Assembly (NCBI GenBank): GCA_021613535.1
Contig: CP075492.1
Span: 14,756,001-14,820,000, forward strand
From: Adineta vaga
Lineage: Eukaryota; Animalia; Rotifera
Length of the DNA: 64,000 nt
Reading direction: 5' to 3'
The notes beneath the pieces were generated by a model that ran no database searches, had not been told where the DNA came from, and was given only the letters and a program-made list of their open reading frames with translations. How positions within the stretch are numbered: the first letter of the stretch is position 1; each line of letters opens with the position of its first letter. The position numbers and the translations under genes are program-made. Below are positions 1 to 12,110 of this stretch, piece by piece.

Positions 1-444
1 ATCCGCATTTTTGTCATATTGAATCCAAAGGATGTTTTCTGCAGAAAGTGTCAAATGTATGACACGATTCATAAATTTTAAAAAATGAGTGCATTTTTTC
101 TTTCTGAGAGGTTATATTGATAATCCAACAAAATAAGAACTTTTACTCGAGATGATATACCCATTTTTTATACTTGAAAACAGAAATCTAGCGGCAACTT
201 CAAGACACGCATTCATCGATTAGAAAGATTAGATTTCTCTTATCAAAAAGATCATTGTCATTTCAAAAATTAATGCAGTGGAAACGTCATTTCTTTCTCC
301 CTTTCTGCTACTTTCGCTTCTGCTAATATGATATTTGACATATACTTGTATCATTTGTAATCTTGTAGATAAAAGAAGAGGTATTCATTTCTAGTATTTC
401 ATTGTATCAGTTACAATCAATTTAAATATATTCGATTCAATATC

Positions 445-1482
445 ATGTCATCTATTGAGATTTTAATCGGACAATTAAATACCATAGGAACAACAATACT
501 AATGGTTATATCAATAATAAATTTTTTCTTCGGTATTATTGGTCTCATATTCAATGTATTTGTCTTTACTCGACCAAGTCTACGTCGACAACCATGTACA
601 TTCTATTTCTTATCATCGACATGTTTCAATTTCTTCGTTATTCTAATTATCCTACCAGTACGAATTCTTTCAAATATTTACAATATCAATGGATCAGATT
701 ATAATCTTGTTTATTGTAAAATACAAGCCTTCTTATTCTATACAATACGTACAATATCATGTTGGTTGATTGGTTTAGCAACAATTGATCGCTATTTACA
801 TAGTTCATCGAATACATTATTTCGTCAAATGAGTTCGTTAAAAACAGCAAAAATAACGATTGGAATTACAGTTATTTTCATCTCTGGTTTATATAGTCAT
901 ATGATTGTTTATTATAATATGAGTTATACATTCGATCAATTTGGTAATGTCGTATCAACATGTAATGCTGAAGTAGGAACTTATCGTACGTTCCTTAGTC
1001 TTTGGTTTATGATTTTTTATTCACTTCTGCCATCATTTTGCATGCTTTTGTTTGGATTTTTGACTGTAAAAAATCTTCGTCAACGTCGACAAATTATTCC
1101 AAGAGCTGCAGAAACGAATTCAAATAATCGACGAACTGATTCACAACTCTTACGTATGTTAGCAGCTCAAGTATTAGTCATCATTATTTGTACTTTACCA
1201 GTTACAGGATATCGATTATATGGAGCTTTAACTGTAAATGTAACTAAAGATAAAATTCGACTTGCACAAGAAAACTTAGCTTCTCAAATAGTTTCTGCAA
1301 TGACTTATTTTGCACATTCAAGTAGTTTTTATCTCTATACATTGTCAGGCACTATATTTCGTAAGGAACTTTTGAAAAATATCAAACTACATTGGCCTTT
1401 CAATCAAAATCAAACGCAAACGAATTCGGGCGGAACACTACCGAATAACAATGTTTTTCCAAAAACAACTAGCGAACATTGA
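445..1482 (+). CDS. Class A (rhodopsin-like) GPCR, single exon
   Basis: 345-aa ORF with seven hydrophobic segments, GLIFN in TM1, Cys at the start of TM3 (YCK), IDRY motif, TM7 FYLYTLSG.FR.EL. Confidence 0.88.
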   Translation: MSSIEILIGQLNTIGTTILMVISIINFFFGIIGLIFNVFVFTRPSLRRQPCTFYFLSSTCFNFFVILIILPVRILSNIYNINGSDYNLVYCKIQAFLFYTIRTISCWLIGLATIDRYLHSSSNTLFRQMSSLKTAKITIGITVIFISGLYSHMIVYYNMSYTFDQFGNVVSTCNAEVGTYRTFLSLWFMIFYSLLPSFCMLLFGFLTVKNLRQRRQIIPRAAETNSNNRRTDSQLLRMLAAQVLVIIICTLPVTGYRLYGALTVNVTKDKIRLAQENLASQIVSAMTYFAHSSSFYLYTLSGTIFRKELLKNIKLHWPFNQNQTQTNSGGTLPNNNVFPKTTSEH

Positions 1483-1748
1483 CTTATTACATTTCTTTTA
1501 TTCAATAAAAATAAGTTGTCGATATGTGCTTTTTGTACTGTTGATTCATGATCGAATCATAGGAAAAATAAACGACACATGAAATCCTTTCCATTCGTTA
1601 TATTATCATTCGAGTAGTACACGAAAAAATGACTGATTAACAAAAAATTAAATCAAATCGTAAGAGACAATAAGTTTGTTTTTAAAAATTCTTGATAAAA
1701 ACTCTTATGAGAATACGATTTGTGATAAATTTCTGAGTATTAACATAG

Positions 1749-2810
1749 ATCATGCCTTGCATTGTCGTACGGAAAATGGAAGATCGAAAGAGTCAAAGAA
1801 TCATGGCTGTCAAAGTAAGAATGAATAAGTTCTCTCATCAGTCATATTTAGAAATCATACATAACGGGTTCAAGTTACGAAAAGAAACTGCTGAATGATA
1901 TTGATGTTTGTATCCGTGAAAATAAGTATGTCCTTATCTTCTTCTTCAAATGTATGCTGTTTTCGTTTAAGAAATAACAATGTTCAGGAAGATTCTATTT
2001 AAAACAATTTTTTTCCTTTTAATTTAGACTTCCGGTTGGATATGTATGAAACTAATGAACACATCACTCAATCGTTTCTACAAGTTTGTTTATCGTAAAC
2101 TTGATCAATTTATACCTGAATATTTTCTGGTTTACGTTGCCAATGCTGTAAGAATTTTTCTCTTCGAATAACTTAGATAGAATAAAATGAAATATCTTTC
2201 AATCGATTTTACAAGCACTGAATTATCTTATAACTCGCTTGCATATTATTTACAAAAATATGAAACCAGCGAAAATTTGTGTCTCAAGAACAGGAATTAA
2301 ACTTCGTCATTGTGAAATCAGTGATCGATCGAATTATGCCATGACTATGGAGAAAGCCACACTATGTTCTTTGTATTTATACATCGGTGAATAACCATTG
2401 TAGTTAACTGCCATCTATGTTTAAGTTGATCTTTTCTATAACCCGAAAGTATTGATCCTTTCGGACTGTCAGATGATGTTGATCTTTAGTTCACTGTTTG
2501 GTCACTTGGTATTATACTGAGAAATTCTTTTCAATTAAATCAGTACGTATATATCGATTTTAGTATAAATTATATACTGAATATTTGCCATTTACCAAAT
2601 CTGGTTCTCTCGTTGAACAATTGGAGAAAATCATATCTGAATTTCCAATGAAACTAACTATTGACCGTCTTTCTGAGTCTTGTCAAAATTTTGTTAATAT
2701 ATGGTAAAGTGATAACTTGATTGTTTCATTCTGAAAGTCGTTTTTCTTTTAGTTTAACAAAAGACTTCGAACAACATATCATACAGCTATATAAGGATCA
2801 GTTTATATAC
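1749..2810 (+). pseudogene. Degenerate multi-exon MAP kinase kinase (MKK4/MKK3/6-like) pseudogene
   Basis: Manual translation gives RIMAVK, KKLLNDIDV, WICMKLMNTSLNRFYKFVY..IPEYFL, SILQALNYL..LHIIYKNMKPAK (decayed HRDxKPSN), PESIDP, VWSLGIIL, SLVEQL and QNFVNI, in MAP2K order. It has in-frame stops, decayed splice donors and no DFG motif. Boundaries approximate. Confidence 0.72.
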
Positions 2811-2862
2811 AATCAAATTCAAGCAAATATGATTCAAAATTAAGCAGCATTTATTTTATTTA

Positions 2863-4177
2863 TTACGAATATTTTTCAAATTTTACAACTCGATCACGTT
2901 CACTATCGACAACATAAAGATTACCTTCAATATCGAATGTTAAATCTATAGGATGTTTCAATAGTTCTAATTTTTCTTCTATACCAATTATAATTGACCC
3001 TTGTGAATCTCCTTCATACCAACGTATTATACGATTATTGAAAGAATCTGCTATATAGATATAACCGAAATGATCAACAGTAAGTCCTAATGGTCCTGCT
3101 AATTGATTCAGCCCATTTCCATTGCCATTTCCACCTGCAACAATAATTCCTACATTTGAATCTTTCTCCCATTTCATTATACGTTCATTGAAATAATCAG
3201 ACACATAGATCGAATAATCGTCATGAATAAATATATGTGTAGGAAAGTCAAATTGATAAAGCTCATCCCCTTTTCCATTTCTGCCAGCAACTATTGTTGT
3301 CTGATTCTCGCATTCTCTCCATCGTATTACATGATGTTTTTCAACATCAGAACTATAAATCGATCCATTTCTATCGATTGCTAAACCCCAACAAGCAATA
3401 TTGGTTAAAAGAATTTGTCGCGTCTTGTTAAACCAACGTGTTACCTTCTTATCTATCCTATCTGTGACAATTAAAGAATGATTTTCTTCATCATAAATAA
3501 TATCTTCTGGATCGATTAATTCACTACAACCATCACCACCCGCAACAATTTCACCAGAATTAGATCCATATTTCCATTCCATCACACGACAATTTCCGTT
3601 ATCAGCAATGAATATACTTTTATTTTCGTTCATGAAAATGCCATGAGGAATCTTTAATTGATCTAATTGATTTCCAAATCGATCACCTCCAGCAACTACA
3701 ATTCCTTCTTGTTTCCATTGATTGGATTTATTATTCTAAAAATAATCATGTTCAAATAAGCAAGTGCGTAGAAAGGAGAACCATTTCTACCTTGACAGTG
3801 TATGAAATGACACTTTCTGTTGTTAGTTCCTTTAAAGCTGTTGTTACTTCATTGGTTGTTATTTTTATAGTTGATAGATACGTATGATGAACTGTTTTTC
3901 TTCTTTTTAAAATCACCGTAGTAATAGTTATGACCAACGCAATGCCAATAGTAACAATAATGATCCATAAAACTTTTCTTCGTAGAGAATTGTTGTATCT
4001 GAAATCAAGAAAAAGATATATATTCAAATAATTCACTAATAAAACATACACTGATCTTGATTGATTAGTTGAAGATCTCGATTTGTCTATTTTGGCCTGA
4101 AAGACATAGACAGTTATTTTGTTTTGTTTGGTAAGAAAAAGAATTGCACCACTAACTGTTATTTCAGCCAATTCCAT
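2863..4177 (-). CDS. Type II membrane NHL-repeat (beta-propeller) protein, about 4 exons
   Basis: ATG at 4177; TM segment VLWIIIVTIGIALVITITTVIL; Thr-rich stalk; intron 3736-3790; last exon 3735-2863 has repeated IVAGGNG.G....QL..P and YV(S/A)D..N.RI motifs. Confidence 0.82.
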
Positions 4178-4553
4178 ACTAAGATTTTGTGCACGTTCAA
4201 AAACAATTGATGCAAAAAAGGTTCCAGCAACGATGTAATATGGTTTCAAAAATTACAGATTATGGAGAGAATAAAAAAAAGAAAAAAGTTTTATTTTATT
4301 CTTCTATATCATGACGTCGAGAGGCAAGATTTTTACTGAAATCTTTATAGCAAACGCAACGTCCAAAATGCTTCTAAAATTGTGGTGACAGATGTTAATA
4401 TCATAGAGAGAAAAATCCAGAAGAAAAACACATAAGTTAGCTAAGTTGAGTGCATTAAACTTAGTATAGGTGATGAGTTTTGTAAAAAAAATAGAAAAAG
4501 AAACGTATTAATTATTATATATTTATTTTCTCTGTTTCTGTTAAAAAAATCAA

Positions 4554-4820
4554 TATAGTTCTATACTGTCGAGTACAACATAATTATCACCACATGTAAC
4601 TAAAAGTCTTCCATTTTATAATATTGTTGCTACCTGACCTTCGCGTGAACCTGTCATATTTCCGATTGTAGCTCATGTTTCTGTTGATTGATCATATAAT
4701 TCTGCAGTTTTAAGACGACTTCGCTCACCTAATTCACCAACTACTAATACCTTTCCATTTGTGAATAAAGATACTATATGCCATTCACGTGCATAATTTA
4801 GCTGACCTGTTGTTTGCCAT
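4554..4820 (-). pseudogene. Kelch-repeat gene fragment with in-frame stops
   Basis: Translates as WQTTGQLNYAREWHIVSLFTNGKVLVVG...TAELYDQSTET*ATIGNMTGSREGQVATIL*NGRLLVTCG...SIELY. Confidence 0.72.
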
Positions 4821-6270
4821 TCTATAGATGAAAATAGTACATGTAATGCTACCTAGAAATTGACAATAGATTTGATTGGAAAGTAAATTTTATGGCACTA
4901 GAAATGCGAGTAGAAGATTAATTATGATTAATTTGTCACTTACCTGAGCAGGGCAAAAGTGTAAAAATGTTTTGTAGTTTGGATCAATATTTGTGTCAAC
5001 TTAAGACCATATATCATGCAAATTGTAGCTAGTTTTATCTGTATTTATACGAAGAGAAAAAAAACCATACGTCAATACTTCAATCAGTAAAAACTTGATT
5101 TGATATTGTGACAGTGCTTTTCTCGTTTGAAATAATAAATGTATCCAAGAATCATATCTATAGATTATTAATTCTGTTAAGAATTAATCGTTTTTATTTC
5201 ATTTAACAACGAAATATATTATCTCATCGAATGTCGATCATAATTCAATTAGTAATAAGAAATAGTAAATGCCCTTTATATGTGAGATAATCTCTCTAAC
5301 CGCTGCTACGCTCTACTTATTGAGGATGTTCACTATTTCTCCAAAATACGTTTCTGTTGCACTGTGACCAAGATTAGGAGAAGCAATCACTTCTAAAAGA
5401 TCAGACTGTAATCGTAATTGACGTACAGTCGACAGAAGAATTTCAAAACTTGATTATCTTAATATTTTATTATATGAAACAAATAAAAAAGAAAGAAAAT
5501 GTCATATTATTACATTTACTTCAGCAAGTACTCTGCCTTCGTATAAAATATACTAATTAATTGTATAGCTGTTTCCAGCAACGGTCGGAAATGATTGACT
5601 ACGAAAATCTTGTATTGAATCATTATAAGAAGCATGAAATGTATTCGAATAGTTCCATTTCACATTCCTCTGTTCAACATATGATTGCGTTTGACATGTC
5701 ATATAATCACATATTTTACATTTATTGCAAAGATCAAAATAAAGACCATAAGAAATCTACTCAAACTCCCATATATAATAGAACATTCACTCAAGTGTGT
5801 AAGTATTGAATGTATAGATAACGAACGAGACAATGACGTAGATAGAACATCTTTGATGACTCATTTGTTATTCTAAGAAAAGAAATCGAGTATACTTATG
5901 GATTTCTTTTTTAATACAAAAAGAAAACATCTTCACTATTGAACGTGTGTATGCAAAGTTAAAATTCTTATTTCGATCTTCCTGTATTATACTCTTTTCA
6001 TATCAGTAAGATTTAAAATTAATTTTAGTGCTAGAAGAATTTTTTTTTACATCTAATGAGAATATGAAAATGACTTATTACGGCGACAAATAAGATTATG
6101 ACAGAGTTTAGTTCGTCTGCTACTGATAGATTAATTTAATGAAGGTATAATGGAAGTTGTGTCTGATTGAATGCATAGAACATGATGACAAGGCATTTTC
6201 CATGAACTATATATAAACTAGAGTCTCATGGCCTTGTCATTAACCAGATTCTTCTTCACAAATCCAAGTC

Positions 6271-7260
6271 ATGGGTAATTCAACAAGTGATTTAACGGAT
6301 ACTGAGACAGCATCCGAATTAAATAATACACAAGTAAAATGATTTATAATATTCTTTTCTATATTTTGATTACATTTTGTTATAATTGACAAAGGGTGGA
6401 ATTGTTCTCTATGGTTTACCATTATCACCAAATACTCAACGCGTCCTAGCAGTTCTTATAGAAAAAGGTTTAAAATATGAATTTAAAAAAGTTAATTTTA
6501 TGGAAAGTGAACATAAAGTAAGACAGATTGCAAAAATGTAAATAGTGAACAAAATAAAAATTTAGTCACGACAATATTTGGAAGGTTTGCAACCATTTGG
6601 TCTCTTTCCTGTTCTTATCGACGACAATGGTTTCAGAATTTATGGTAAGTGACCTTGAGAGAAGACTTCTATTAAATATATTCTTATTGATAGAATCACG
6701 TGCTATTTGTCGTTATCTCGAAGAGAAATACAAAGGTAAAGGTACTGAATTAATTCCCACGAAAGATCTCAAAACACGATATCTCTTCGAACAAGCGGTT
6801 AATATTGAAGCATTTAATTTTGATCCTGCAGCAAGTGGTATAATTCGAGAGAAATTTGTTAAAAAGTAAAAATATATTTATATTTATATATATATGTGTT
6901 GTTGTGATTTTATGAAATCATTCCTATTTAATAGAGTTCTAGGACGAGGAGAACCTGATGAAAGTAAAATAGCACAATTTAGAGAAGAATTAGCTTCAAA
7001 ATTGAATGTTTACGAGAAGATTTTATCTAAACAACCATACATGGCTGGACAAGTAAGCACCAAACTTTCATAATATGTCATCTTATTTTATCATATGATA
7101 GGTGTATACGTTAGCTGATCTTTTTCATTTACCTTGTGCTGCATTATTAATTAAAATGGGTGATGGAGATTTAATTGAAGCAAAACCTAATGTGAAGAAT
7201 TGGTGGGAGAAAATATCATCAAGATCATCATGGAAAACTGTTGAAAAAATGATGTTATAG
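6271..7260 (+). CDS. Glutathione S-transferase, Phi-class-like, 6 exons, N-terminal MGNSTS extension
   Basis: Spliced product MGNSTS..|GGIVLYGLPLSPNTQRVLAVLIEKGLKYE..EHK|..LQPFGLFPVLIDD..|ESRAICRYLEEKY..EQAVNIEAFNFDP..|..LNVYEKILSKQPYMAGQ|VYTLADLFHLP..PNVKNWWEKISSRSSW..; all introns GT-AG; TAG at 7258-7260. Confidence 0.88.
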
Positions 7261-7587
7261 ACAAACTATATATATATATGTATCCTATTCCGTAAACAAA
7301 AATTTCTTTTGAATAAAAATCTAGAAATCCTCGTCATTACACACTTCTTCCTATTCAAACTATATCCACCTTTATATTCGTATAGAGAACTGGAAAAAAA
7401 AAGAATTTTTCTACTGCAGGGAATTGAATCCTGTGATCTTCGATTAGACAAACTGTTGTATACGACAGTAGCTTGTTTAATTTTAATTTGATATTCATTA
7501 ATAAATAATAGACAAATATAATATTTATCTTCGCTCTCAGTTGAGATTGAAGAAATAAAAAAGAAGCGAAAATATTGTTAATAATGA

Positions 7588-8111
7588 TCACCATCGTGTT
7601 TTAATCAATCGAATTGCAATATCTTCATCACGATCTTGTTGAAAGAAAGCTTTAAGGCTATAATTTACATAACCATTTTTACGTGCAATTGCTAATATTT
7701 CAATTAATCTATCGACTTGATCATTTCCATACAACTATAAGTTTATATACATTTAGTTTTTTTCTTCTTATTCTTCTTTGTATTCTATACACTTACTGGT
7801 ATCAATTGACCAAATTTCATTTCCATAGCGAAATCACCTTGTTGTCCATAGTTTTTAATTAATTGATGAATACGTTTGATTTCATCCAGAATATTATAAT
7901 CATTGTTTTGTTGACTGAAAAATATCATAGAAAATTCAACAGATTAGTCGAATTGTGCAAACCTTTCTGGCTGTGGTGGTGGCATTGGCGTATGCATTTC
8001 ATTTAATTTCTGATGAAATTCCGGATGACATTTAACTAAACGAGTTTTAGGTTTTTGATCTTTTTCTTGATTATCTTCCATGATTGTTTCTTCTGTATTC
8101 GAAGCAGCCAT
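7588..8111 (-). CDS. Costars-domain protein (ABRA C-terminal / ABRACL-like), 3 exons
   Basis: Spliced product ends ILDEIKRIHQLIKNYGQQGDFAMEMKFGQLIP|LYGNDQVDRLIEILAIARKNGYVNYSLKAFFQQDRDEDIAIRLIKTRW*, matching the Costars pattern KFG.L..L..IL..ARK...V.Y.....Q..D....I.L. Not in the ORF track. Confidence 0.78.
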
Positions 8112-8485
8112 ACGATGCGTTATGTATGGATATAGTAATAAGAATAACCGATACCAAAAAGAAGAACGTTAGTATCAATGTAACAAACAGAGATATTTCT
8201 TTTCTATTAGAATAGAATAACAAATTGTGTCATCTCGTTTTTCTTTCTTCTCGTTCTGTTTCTGGAAAATACATTTGTGTACAGTACTAATTCTATACAC
8301 TATATTTGATATCATGCAATGATTATTGTTAAACATAAATCTCGTTAATAAGCGACATCTTTTGATTATTTTCAATACGTTTAAATTTTTATCATTTAAC
8401 TGTTCGAACGTTATCATATTTAGAGTTTGTTTTTTCTAAAACATTGAAAAAGATATCGTCGACATTCTCTTCCTTGAGATATAAA

Positions 8486-9325
8486 ATGACGTCTCAAACA
8501 AAAAATATTTATTTTGTTCGTCATGGTGAACGAGTCGATCATAGTAATACACAATGGGCTAAAGATGCACAATTTCCTAACGATCCTCCATTACATGATA
8601 ATGGTAAACAACAAGCCAATGAACTTGGAGTATATGCTGCTCAACTTCAACCACGAATAACTCATATTTATGCATCACCATTTTTACGTACAATACAAAC
8701 AGCACTCATAATTGCTGATCGTTTAAATCAAAATTCTTCATCATCAAATGTAAACACGAAAATTCGAATAGAACCAGGTTTTGGTGAATTCTATGAAGAG
8801 GAGTATGAATGGAATTCTAAGAGGATCTTTCGAGCTGTTGAAGATCTTGTTGAAATTCCTCATAATACAGAATATTTCGATAAAAATTATCAAAGTTTAT
8901 TCAATGAAAAGTATTATTTGGATTTAGGCATTGAAAAACGTGAACATCTACGTGATCGTTTAAAACGAATGCTACAACGTTTATTAGAAGTTCATAAAGA
9001 TGATTGCAATATTTTAATCGTTACACATGCAGCTACGGTAATTGAAGGTGCACGAGCATTTATTACACTTACTAAAGAACAAGATGAAACATTGATTAAT
9101 AAGGAACAAGTAACAATTTCATTAGATGGTGAAAAAAGGACAGATCTTTCATGGGATATGACTCTAATTGAACCTGGTGTTTGCAGTTTAACACATTTTG
9201 AATTCGTCGATAATAAGTGGAAACTAAAATCCAATGCACTCACTTCATATTTATCACGAGGAAAACAATATCAATGGGTTTTTACCGATGAGAAATCTCT
9301 TTATAAAACATCAAAACTAGTTTAG
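8486..9325 (+). CDS. Histidine phosphatase superfamily branch 1 (phosphoglycerate mutase-like; resembles fungal Tfc7-type proteins)
   Basis: RHGERVD catalytic motif, IYASPFLRTIQTA, IRIEPGFGE, ILIVTHAA, C-terminal YLSRGKQYQWVF; intronless; first ATG at 8486. Confidence 0.87.
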   Translation: MTSQTKNIYFVRHGERVDHSNTQWAKDAQFPNDPPLHDNGKQQANELGVYAAQLQPRITHIYASPFLRTIQTALIIADRLNQNSSSSNVNTKIRIEPGFGEFYEEEYEWNSKRIFRAVEDLVEIPHNTEYFDKNYQSLFNEKYYLDLGIEKREHLRDRLKRMLQRLLEVHKDDCNILIVTHAATVIEGARAFITLTKEQDETLINKEQVTISLDGEKRTDLSWDMTLIEPGVCSLTHFEFVDNKWKLKSNALTSYLSRGKQYQWVFTDEKSLYKTSKLV

Positions 9326-9516
9326 GCAATGATGAAAACTGATTTAAAAGTTCAAGTTTTACTATTAAATAAATTGAACAAAAAAATGTTTCTTCGTTAT
9401 GTTGATTTATCAGGAAACTTATTATGCGAAATATCACATACTTGAAACTTTTGTAAACTCATTATAGTCACGTCGAAGAACTTGTAAATTAGACATCTCA
9501 TTGAATCGTTTGTATA

Positions 9517-9746
9517 TGTTACAGGGGAAATTAAAATTTAGGGGAATTTAAAATCGCCCTAAGGGGAAATTGAAATTTTAATCTCCTCTAGGAGAAATTA
9601 AAATTATGTTTTTTCTCTATGTATTTTCTATGAAAAGTTGAAGATTTTAGTTTCCACTAGGGGAGATTAAAATTTCAATTTCCCCTATAGGGGAATTTCA
9701 AATTCCCCTAGCAGAAATAAATTCATCTTTATCTCTGTTTCTTCGT
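9517..9746 (+). repeat. Left terminal inverted repeat of the Ginger element (230 bp)
   Basis: Reverse complement of 12111-12340 with two mismatches seen; built from GGGGAAATT(A/G)AAATT modules in both orientations. Confidence 0.95.
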
Positions 9747-9789
9747 ATAAAAGTCACAACAAATAATATCGCCACCGTGCTCTATAGTA

Positions 9790-9793
<4 letters not shown>

Positions 9794-9821
<28 letters not shown>
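9794..9821. repeat. (GA)n microsatellite upstream of the transposase gene
   Basis: About 14 AG units, followed by a TATAAAA box at about 9855. Confidence 0.9.
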
Positions 9822-9825
<4 letters not shown>

Positions 9826-9930
9826 AAGTAAGAGAAAAATCGAACTTTCAAGTGTATAAAAAGAGAAAACTTGTGAAGAAACTATCATTCATAAAAGTAA
9901 ATTTCACGATTATACAACTCTGTGTTGAAA

Positions 9931-12011
9931 ATGGACATCTTTTATGTCAAACTTGACGCGCATATTCAAAGTCTTAACGAAAAGTTTCGTCCAAAATATC
10001 TTATTAAAAGAGAAATGTATCAAGATATCATTTTGGTTTTACGGGATGGCTGGGGTAATCCGCAATTTAGATATTGGGTTCTAAAGAATTTTATGCTGGT
10101 CAAAGTTGGAGATTTAGATATGGTTTATAATAAACACAAAATTAGTCGTCCAGTCGTGATTTATGAAGAAGTCTATGAGAAACTATATGAATGTCATAAT
10201 CGAGTAGGTCATCATGGACGCGATAAAACCTGGCATGAGGTATGTGAAATGGAATCTTTTTCCTTTGGAAGAATTTCTTCTCCTAGGTGAAAGCACAATA
10301 TTCGTGGGTACCATATGATGTTGTTATGATCTTCATCAAGTTGTGTGATGCATGTAGTAACCGACAGATCTTTCCAAAATTTCCAGCTAGTGAGTGACAT
10401 TTGCATTAATGTTGGATAAAATCAATTTTTGGTAAATAGGTAAACCAATTGTTTCAATCGGTTACTTAACTCGTATCCAGATTGACTTGATTGATATGAG
10501 GTGTCGACCGGATGGTATCTTCAAATGGATTTTACACGTTAAAGACCACTTTAGTAAATTTTCGTGGTCTTACCCATTAGAATCTAAAGAAACGGAGCCT
10601 GTGGCAGAAAAATTGTTGACTCAGTTTTATGCGTTTGGTCCTCCACGCATCCTTCAATCAGATAATGGAAAAGAATTTGTCGCTCGAGTCATAAAGGTAT
10701 GTTCTGATACTCGTGCTTAATTAATTTAAATATTTGTGTTCTATAGGACCTTAGAAAGACTTGGACTGATTTAGTGATTATAAATGGTCGGGCGCGGCAC
10801 CCACAGACACAAGGTCTGATTGAAAGAGCAAATCGTACACTTGAAGTTGCTCTTGGCAAATGGATGCAACACAATAAAACTGATGAATGGTCTAAAGGTA
10901 AATAGATATTTATATGTTGATTAGATCTCGCTACTTATGATGTTATTCTTAAGGTTTAAATCCAGTTACATACTCGATCAACACGAGCATTGCTGAAACT
11001 ACGAATAAAACCCCCTATGAAATAGTTTTTGGACAACAACCACGATCGGATTTTGAAATGTGGAAAATATTTAGTGAATCAGGTGTAGAAGACGAAGAAA
11101 ATCTTCCTGATGATTTGGTTAATGGTTTCAATGAGTGTAAGTTTTATACTAGCTATATCTGTTTAAAAAGATCTAGGTTTTTTAGTACAAAATTGTGATA
11201 CACCTAATATTGAAAAAGTTGATTCGAACAATTTAGCAACTGAAGTAACAACGCAATCTCAATCTGCAACACCAACTCTTGATACTAATTTCGATTTATC
11301 AGTTCCAGCAATGAGTATTACAGATTCTCAAAGTTTTTCTACATGTAATAATAATGATACTTATGTTCAAGGTCCATTACAGTCAGGTAGATACTACTGG
11401 TTTAAATTATTGTTTATTAATTTTACGTCTATTCTGTAGATGTTTCCATTATGAACAATGATGAAAATATTCCAAATTCATCTTCTAATACACCTACTCC
11501 TAGGCATAAAAAGATTCGAGATGAAGCAGAAGTCGATTATTTAAAATCTATTGCTAAACGACAAAAATTATATGATAATGCTGTTAAAGAACAAAAATAT
11601 GACCTGGGAGATCTTGTTGGCCTCCAAATTGATCGTGTTGATCGTACTAATACAACACCAAAGATTTTACCTTGCAAAGTGATAGCCATTGAGTCATCGT
11701 CGAATGATTGTATGTTGTACAAGCTGTGTACAATGAAAGGTGTTCTATCAATTTCATATGGTGTTCAAGATCTCTTAGATTTGAGAAAATGTAATTTTGC
11801 CGATTTACGCAGTGTTGATCCAACAAATCTACCAATAATGGCATTTACGCAAGCATGCAAAGATTATTTGTCAACAGGAATAATTGAAGTTGTAGCAGCA
11901 TGTAACTGTAGTGGTAAATGTGCTACAAAATCTTGTCCATGCAAAGCAAAAGATGTTAAATGTTGCACCAAATGTCATCCCAAAAAGAAATGTCCATGTG
12001 CAAACGTCTAG
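9931..12011 (+). CDS. Ginger2 transposase/integrase (H2C2 zinc finger, DDE core, C-terminal Cys-rich domain), 7 exons
   Basis: H..VGHHGRDKT..|..LCDAC zinc finger; QIDLID, SDNGKEF and GLIERAN catalytic triad; TPYEIVFG; C-terminal CNCSGKCATKSCPCKAKDVKCCTKCH. Six GT-AG introns splice to a continuous frame; AATAAA at 12101. Confidence 0.88.
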
Positions 12012-12110
12012 TTTTTTTTCTCAAGTCATTTCTATTATTTCTGACTAGACTATAAATTCATGAAACTGTAGTTTTTAAAGATCATATAAGTTTTCACGGT
12101 AATAAAACAC

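Noticed and set aside
5561-5876. Short ORFs here and the many 60-120 aa ORFs antisense to genes or spanning introns
   Set aside because: No motifs, often non-ATG starts, and composition expected by chance in AT-rich DNA or from intron read-through.
9931-12011. LTR retrotransposon or host KRBA2/SCAND3 gene
   Set aside because: Bounded by inverted rather than direct repeats; no gag, RT or RNase H and no KRAB/SCAN domain.
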